Part shown: piece by piece, positions 59,674 through 64,000 of the stretch
How positions within the stretch are numbered: the stretch's first letter is position 1
How the letters are laid out: each line of letters opens with the position of its first letter
Source: a virus
DNA length: 64,000 bases
IMG/VR virus record: IMGVR_UViG_3300050343_000110
Direction: 5' to 3' (one strand)
Notes under the pieces: generated by a model
What the model saw: only the letters and a program-made list of their open reading frames with translations
The model's database searches: none
What the model was told of the DNA's origin: nothing
Made by a program: the position numbers and the translations under genes

Positions 59674-60018
59674 TTACTTCTTTTTATCTACATATGCGTT
59701 TGCACCAAAATATGCGGCCACAAGAGCTGAGATGGCAACAAAATATGTTGGAGCAATATCACCTATAATTTTTGCAGTGTTTTCGTATCCTAACACTGAT
59801 GTAATTAAGATGCCTGCTGGATATAACAACATACCCATCAATGCGAACCATGTCATCTTTCTCATAGCATCCCTACGAGCGTCTGCATCTTCTAGTTCTT
59901 TACGTTTAAATTCCAAATTCATCTCCATTTCTTCATGCGAAATGTGTCCATCACCATTACTATCAATTTTTTCTACGACCTCTGGATCGACTGTTACTGT
60001 TTTCTTCTCTGCCAACAT
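59674..60018 (-). CDS. EF-hand plus two-TM membrane protein
   Basis: DSNGDGHISHEE loop; two TMs ending VAAYFG. Confidence 0.7.
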   Translation of the reverse strand: MLAEKKTVTVDPEVVEKIDSNGDGHISHEEMEMNLEFKRKELEDADARRDAMRKMTWFALMGMLLYPAGILITSVLGYENTAKIIGDIAPTYFVAISALVAAYFGANAYVDKKK

Positions 60019-60036
60019 CTCTCTCCTTTATAGTAT

Positions 60037-60240
60037 TTATCTTTTATTCTGGTTATTCATCGCCCGTTGACGTTGTTTTGTTCTTTCATCGTCTAGATGT
60101 TGTAACAGCAGAGAAACGTATATCTCCCTCTCCCAAGGCAACATCATTTCAAGTTCGGTTAATGAATATTGATGATGTTGCATTAACTGGAAATTTAACC
60201 GATAGTAATTTTCCAGAGAATTATGAGAGAGGGCTACTAA
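60037..60240 (-). CDS. gp51: Baseplate hub assembly protein gp51-like (-1 frame relative to gp26; first ATG at 60183)
   Basis: SHNSLENYYRLNFQLMQHHQYSLTELEMMLPWEREIY; missed by the ORF track. Confidence 0.8.
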   Translation of the reverse strand, partial: LVALSHNSLENYYRLNFQLMQHHQYSLTELEMMLPWEREIYVSLLLQHLDDERTKQRQRAMNNQNKR

Positions 60241-60938
60241 AAAAAATCAGCCATTCCCTGTAGTACAACTTCACCGTCCACCCCTGTCTTGGGGTTCTTA
60301 ACTTTAATCATGTGTTTGACTTTAGGCATAGTATTAAAGAATTCTTGAACCTTATCAAACTGGTCATGTGACATAGATTCAATAAAATCATTCAAATCCT
60401 CTTTGTCCATGTCTACCTTTTCATACACATTATTGCTATCATAAACCTGTCTAACACAAGACTTAATAACCTCAAAAGTTGATTCCATTTCATTTTCCAA
60501 ATCTAATTCTTGTACAGAATTAACTTTTGGATAATCCATAATCAAACCAATTTCGTCAGTCAATCTAATATTGGTATCATGTCCAACTTCTTTATGACAC
60601 TCAATCTTTGTCAAATCAACCTCTACTTGTACTTGTGTAGTATTGTCATCTGGACAAGTTACCATTAGTTTTACTATCTCTCCAACAGACTTTGCTCTTA
60701 GATTAATAAAGATATATTCTAAGTCAAAGATTGGTAATTTACTTGCATCGACTTTTTCAAACGTGCAAGATGTAATTACATCTTTAACTGCCCTCATAAT
60801 ATCATCTTGTTTTCCTGTTGATTGTGCTATCATCAGGGCCTTTTCTTCTTTTACAAGAAAAGGACGATATTCAACTTTTTCACCAGTTGAAGGAAGTGTC
60901 AATTCAAATTTCGCCGAGGCGAGTTTTGGTAATGCCAT
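60237..60938 (-). CDS. gp26: Baseplate hub subunit gp26
   Basis: MALPKL, YRPFLVKEEK.L, FDLEYIF..LRAKSVGE, FF.TMP. Confidence 0.9.
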   Translation of the reverse strand: MALPKLASAKFELTLPSTGEKVEYRPFLVKEEKALMIAQSTGKQDDIMRAVKDVITSCTFEKVDASKLPIFDLEYIFINLRAKSVGEIVKLMVTCPDDNTTQVQVEVDLTKIECHKEVGHDTNIRLTDEIGLIMDYPKVNSVQELDLENEMESTFEVIKSCVRQVYDSNNVYEKVDMDKEDLNDFIESMSHDQFDKVQEFFNTMPKVKHMIKVKNPKTGVDGEVVLQGMADFF

Positions 60939-60964
60939 TATATTTCTCCTATTGCATTATTAAA

Positions 60965-61618
60965 TTAAAAGGGGCCGGCAGTTGGATCAACTTCTAAACC
61001 ACCATTTGCCGAAACATTTCTCCCTCTCTGCCTTAGTCTTGCACCAAGGTCTATTGATGGAGCGTATTTTTGATTTAGTACTTTACCACTCCCATCAATA
61101 TGAGTATGCTCTTTGAAAACAAAATCAACACTGATTTGTCCTACTTCACCACTTTCTTGTGAATACTCTACTGCACCTATTGTTTTGGGATAACAGTCTT
61201 GTAATCGTATCCCAGCAGTTCTATCATTGTTTTTGTCTAACTGATAAACATCTATGGTTCTTTTATATTCATCATAATATTCCAAGTTATATGAATCTGG
61301 CTTGACAATCATATCCATCCAATTCATAAAGAAGGTTCTTTCAAAGTGTGTTGCCCCTAGATAGAAATTCATTGAGACACTTTCTGCATATGTTAATCCT
61401 TGAGCCATTTCGTAAGTCGGCCCATAGACATTTTCATTAGTTACAGTTCTTAGGTTCTTGCCGGGCATAGTCAAATTAACAACTTTGAATGATACAAATC
61501 TATCGTCTGCAATATTTGGATTTGCCTCATACGGTGAGATAATCATTACCTCAAACCTGTTTAAGAATGCAGGGCCGCCCTTATCATAGAACTTTGAAAT
61601 AAATTCTTGTAGTGCCAT
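60965..61618 (-). CDS. Tail-tube-like baseplate protein (gp54-like)
   Basis: NRFEV, PG, YP..IG.V tube-fold motifs; position in the cluster. Confidence 0.65.
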   Translation of the reverse strand: MALQEFISKFYDKGGPAFLNRFEVMIISPYEANPNIADDRFVSFKVVNLTMPGKNLRTVTNENVYGPTYEMAQGLTYAESVSMNFYLGATHFERTFFMNWMDMIVKPDSYNLEYYDEYKRTIDVYQLDKNNDRTAGIRLQDCYPKTIGAVEYSQESGEVGQISVDFVFKEHTHIDGSGKVLNQKYAPSIDLGARLRQRGRNVSANGGLEVDPTAGPF

Positions 61619-62211
61619 TATGGTCTCCTAGGCTGATTAACTATTCTTCTAGAATCAGCATATACTTTTGTTTCGCTTGCTCTAACAAATCTTTGTACTG
61701 GTAACAAAACTGCCACCATCATTTCTTCTGCATCAATTCTACGAAATGTTCCTCTGACATGATTTGCAAGATATCTCTTCACTGTTGGTTTTACAATTGG
61801 ATTTCTTTTAATACGATTCCATGTCAAACGAATTCTTGTAGTTTCGTCCATTTTATCATTTGTTGCATATTCTTGTATTATGTTTAGTAACTTTAATCTC
61901 ATAGGAATTGATAGGTAGTGAAAATTTAACCCAACAAATCCTTCATTTATGTTACCCCCACCAACAGGCTGTATAGGTAACACAAGAGGAAACCTATCAT
62001 AATATGGTAATACGTTCACATCATTCTTGTACTTTGGATCATACATAAAAAAGTTCATAGTACCCAAAGTTGGGCGCCCAGTTACAAAACCTTCACGCAC
62101 CAATTGTGCAGAAGGAACGTCACCAAGTTCCTTTACCTTCTGTCGAAACCAACGAACACTACGTTCCTTGCCTCCTGTTTTTTCTAGTACGCTTTCAATT
62201 ATCTCTGCCAT
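61618..62211 (-). CDS. gp2: DNA end protector gp2
   Basis: F.YDPK.K..LPYYDRFPLV, GLNFHYL, KRYL. Confidence 0.9.
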   Translation of the reverse strand: MAEIIESVLEKTGGKERSVRWFRQKVKELGDVPSAQLVREGFVTGRPTLGTMNFFMYDPKYKNDVNVLPYYDRFPLVLPIQPVGGGNINEGFVGLNFHYLSIPMRLKLLNIIQEYATNDKMDETTRIRLTWNRIKRNPIVKPTVKRYLANHVRGTFRRIDAEEMMVAVLLPVQRFVRASETKVYADSRRIVNQPRRP

Positions 62212-62226
62212 ACTAGTATTTATACG

Positions 62227-62658
62227 TTATCCCAGATGATCTTCTGTAAGAATTTTGAATTCCATATTTCTATCATTGCAAAATTCTATTGCTGCTTCCC
62301 ACTTTGCTTTGTTCACACCCCATGTACGGACTTCTTGAACAAATCGTGGTGTCTTGCGTTGAGGTTGTTTTGGAGGGCCACATTGTGCTTTTGGTTTTAC
62401 CTCAATTAGTAGTTTTTTAATCAATCCATCCTTCTGCTTAACTTTAACGTAGAAATCAGGGAAGTAGCGATGGCGTCTACCATCAAGGGGAGATACATAG
62501 GGTATAATAATCTCTTCACTACCCCATTCTAGGATAGCATCATTTCTGTCACAATAAACCATGAATTTACGTTCCCAGAGACTCCTATAAATAATATTAG
62601 AAGGGTCTCCTTTGTATTTTCGTGGTTTTGATGGAATATATCTTCCTCTGTATGCCAT
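62227..62658 (-). CDS. gp4: Head completion nuclease gp4
   Basis: KYKGDP..I.YRSLWE, WGSEE, YFPDF, EVKP, NKAKWEAA. Confidence 0.93.
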   Translation of the reverse strand: MAYRGRYIPSKPRKYKGDPSNIIYRSLWERKFMVYCDRNDAILEWGSEEIIIPYVSPLDGRRHRYFPDFYVKVKQKDGLIKKLLIEVKPKAQCGPPKQPQRKTPRFVQEVRTWGVNKAKWEAAIEFCNDRNMEFKILTEDHLG

Positions 62659-62700
62659 GGCGATATAAATACTTTCACACAATGTATAGGACTATTTAGA

Positions 62701-63603
62701 ATGGCAGTTATACCTACAATCAAAAGAACAAATAGCGGTGCTTCTGGTTCGCCTATGTTGACGTACCCAGAAACACTAGGAACTATGGATAGGCATAAAC
62801 ACTATGTCATGTTTTATATAAATCAAGCGGCCAAATCCAAAATTAATTTTGGGGAAGGTTCATATAATACTAGTCCAAACCCCCCTGGCTCTGTCCGTCC
62901 ACAGGCAACAACGCTATCTATAAAAAGAGCTCCTACCAAAAGATTATCACAGGCGATTGCATTGTATATGCCTGCAAAACTAGCAGTCGCACATACAGCA
63001 AACTACGGCGAACAGGAAATGGGTGCAGTTGTTGCTGGAATTGCATCTACGATTGAAACTCTAAACAGTGGTATGAGTAACGCTGCCATAGCAAAAGAAC
63101 TTGGTGCCAAGGTAGTAGAAAAGGGTGGAGCCCAACTTGAAAACATGGCACTTGTGGCATTAGACTCTACTATTGCTCCTGGCGCAAAGGCGGCACTTGA
63201 AATTAGTAGAGGTACAGTTATGAATAATAGAACAGAGATGGCATTTGAGGGTATTGGTAGAAGAGAGTTTTCTTTTGAATTTAGACTGTTACCAAACAAT
63301 GCAAAAGAAGCAGAAACAATAGAAAACATTGTAACTGCATTTAGATATCATGCCATGCCAGAAGTAGAAGGTAGTGATTTAAGTGGTAGAACAATGATTA
63401 CACCTTCAACCTTTGATATCGAATATTTTCCAAACACACACCTTCACAAGATATCCACTTCTGTACTACAAACTGTATCAGTCAGTTATGGTGGAGATCG
63501 CCCACAGTTCTTTGACGATGATCACCCTGTAGAAACTCAACTTACACTAGGGTTTAAGGAATTAGAGATTATTACAAAAGAACGCATCGAGGCAGGATTT
63601 TAA
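62701..63603 (+). CDS. gp48: Baseplate tail tube cap gp48
   Basis: IALYMP, FEG..RR.FSF.F..P.N..E, L.FKELE.IT. Confidence 0.85.
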   Translation: MAVIPTIKRTNSGASGSPMLTYPETLGTMDRHKHYVMFYINQAAKSKINFGEGSYNTSPNPPGSVRPQATTLSIKRAPTKRLSQAIALYMPAKLAVAHTANYGEQEMGAVVAGIASTIETLNSGMSNAAIAKELGAKVVEKGGAQLENMALVALDSTIAPGAKAALEISRGTVMNNRTEMAFEGIGRREFSFEFRLLPNNAKEAETIENIVTAFRYHAMPEVEGSDLSGRTMITPSTFDIEYFPNTHLHKISTSVLQTVSVSYGGDRPQFFDDDHPVETQLTLGFKELEIITKERIEAGF

Positions 63604-63605
63604 TT

Positions 63606-64000
63606 ATGGCTTATTTTTCTTATTTTCCTAAAGTAGAATATGATGTTCGTGGCACTGGTAATATTACAGTGATGACTAACCTTACTAAAAGGGTTAGACT
63701 TAGAGATTATGTCAGATTGAACTCTGTGAACTATGATTTTTACGATGTAAAGGCTGGTGAAACCCCAGAATATATTGCAAACGAATTTTATGGTGATCCA
63801 GAATTACATTGGGTTATTATTATTACAAATAATATTGTAGACTACTATTCACAGTGGCCAATGACAGTTCCAGCATTTGAAGCATTCGTGAAAGAAAAGT
63901 ATGATGATCCTAATGGTATACATCACTATGAATACACACAAACATCAGGAGATACTACAGAAGTTATAGAACTTCCAAACGAATCTGCAACTACAATTCC
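63606..64000 (+). CDS. gp53: Baseplate wedge gp53 (runs off the window end)
   Basis: YF.YFP.V.Y, GETPE.IA..FYG...HWVI..N, WP, IHHYE. Confidence 0.9.
   Translation, partial: MAYFSYFPKVEYDVRGTGNITVMTNLTKRVRLRDYVRLNSVNYDFYDVKAGETPEYIANEFYGDPELHWVIIITNNIVDYYSQWPMTVPAFEAFVKEKYDDPNGIHHYEYTQTSGDTTEVIELPNESATTI

Noticed and set aside
57528-60963. Plus-strand ORFs opposite the tape measure and gp26 genes, and minus-strand ORFs throughout 1-57000
   Set aside because: Antisense shadows of real genes, with no RBS or recognisable motifs
1-64000. Cyanophage identity
   Set aside because: Gene order is similar, but the window has no psbA/hli/talC-type genes, and the tmRNA, ROSE element and MsmA-like gene point to an alphaproteobacterial host; only part of the genome is visible
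1-64000. Alternative genetic code as the cause of broken genes
   Set aside because: The breaks are frame changes, not in-frame stops, and all three stop codons end genes normally

Overview
This is a 64 kb slice of a large, AT-rich T4-like myovirus genome. It carries the gp45-44-62-regA-43, uvsX-40-41, 61, nrdAB, rnh, 33-59-thyX-32 and 26/51-54-2-4-48-53 gene blocks and many TATAAATA late promoters. The host is most likely a marine heterotrophic alphaproteobacterium, judged from a permuted two-piece tmRNA with an ANDNF...ALAA tag, a ROSE-type thermometer on hsp20, spanins and an MsmA-like oxygenase; the window has no photosynthesis genes. About 20 genes are broken by 1-2 nt indels that look like long-read errors, and most of these sit at GAYC/GATC-type sites. 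Highlights: (1) late enzymes carrying T4 capsid-targeting-like N-termini, including a RimK-protease fusion, a ligase-motif DUF6267 protein, a nucleotidyltransferase polyprotein and a PAP2 phosphatase, which may be an injected enzyme payload; (2) a C5-cytosine methyltransferase coupled to a CmoA-like carboxy-SAM synthase; (3) a two-piece tmRNA with an ORF in its intervening segment, plus bS21 and tRNA-Arg; (4) an MsmA-like oxygenase whose Rieske cluster loop is cleanly deleted; (5) a probable programmed -1 frameshift joining gp26 to gp51; (6) several candidate small RNAs and a secreted Cys-repeat operon. All family calls come from motif recognition by eye; no searches were run.
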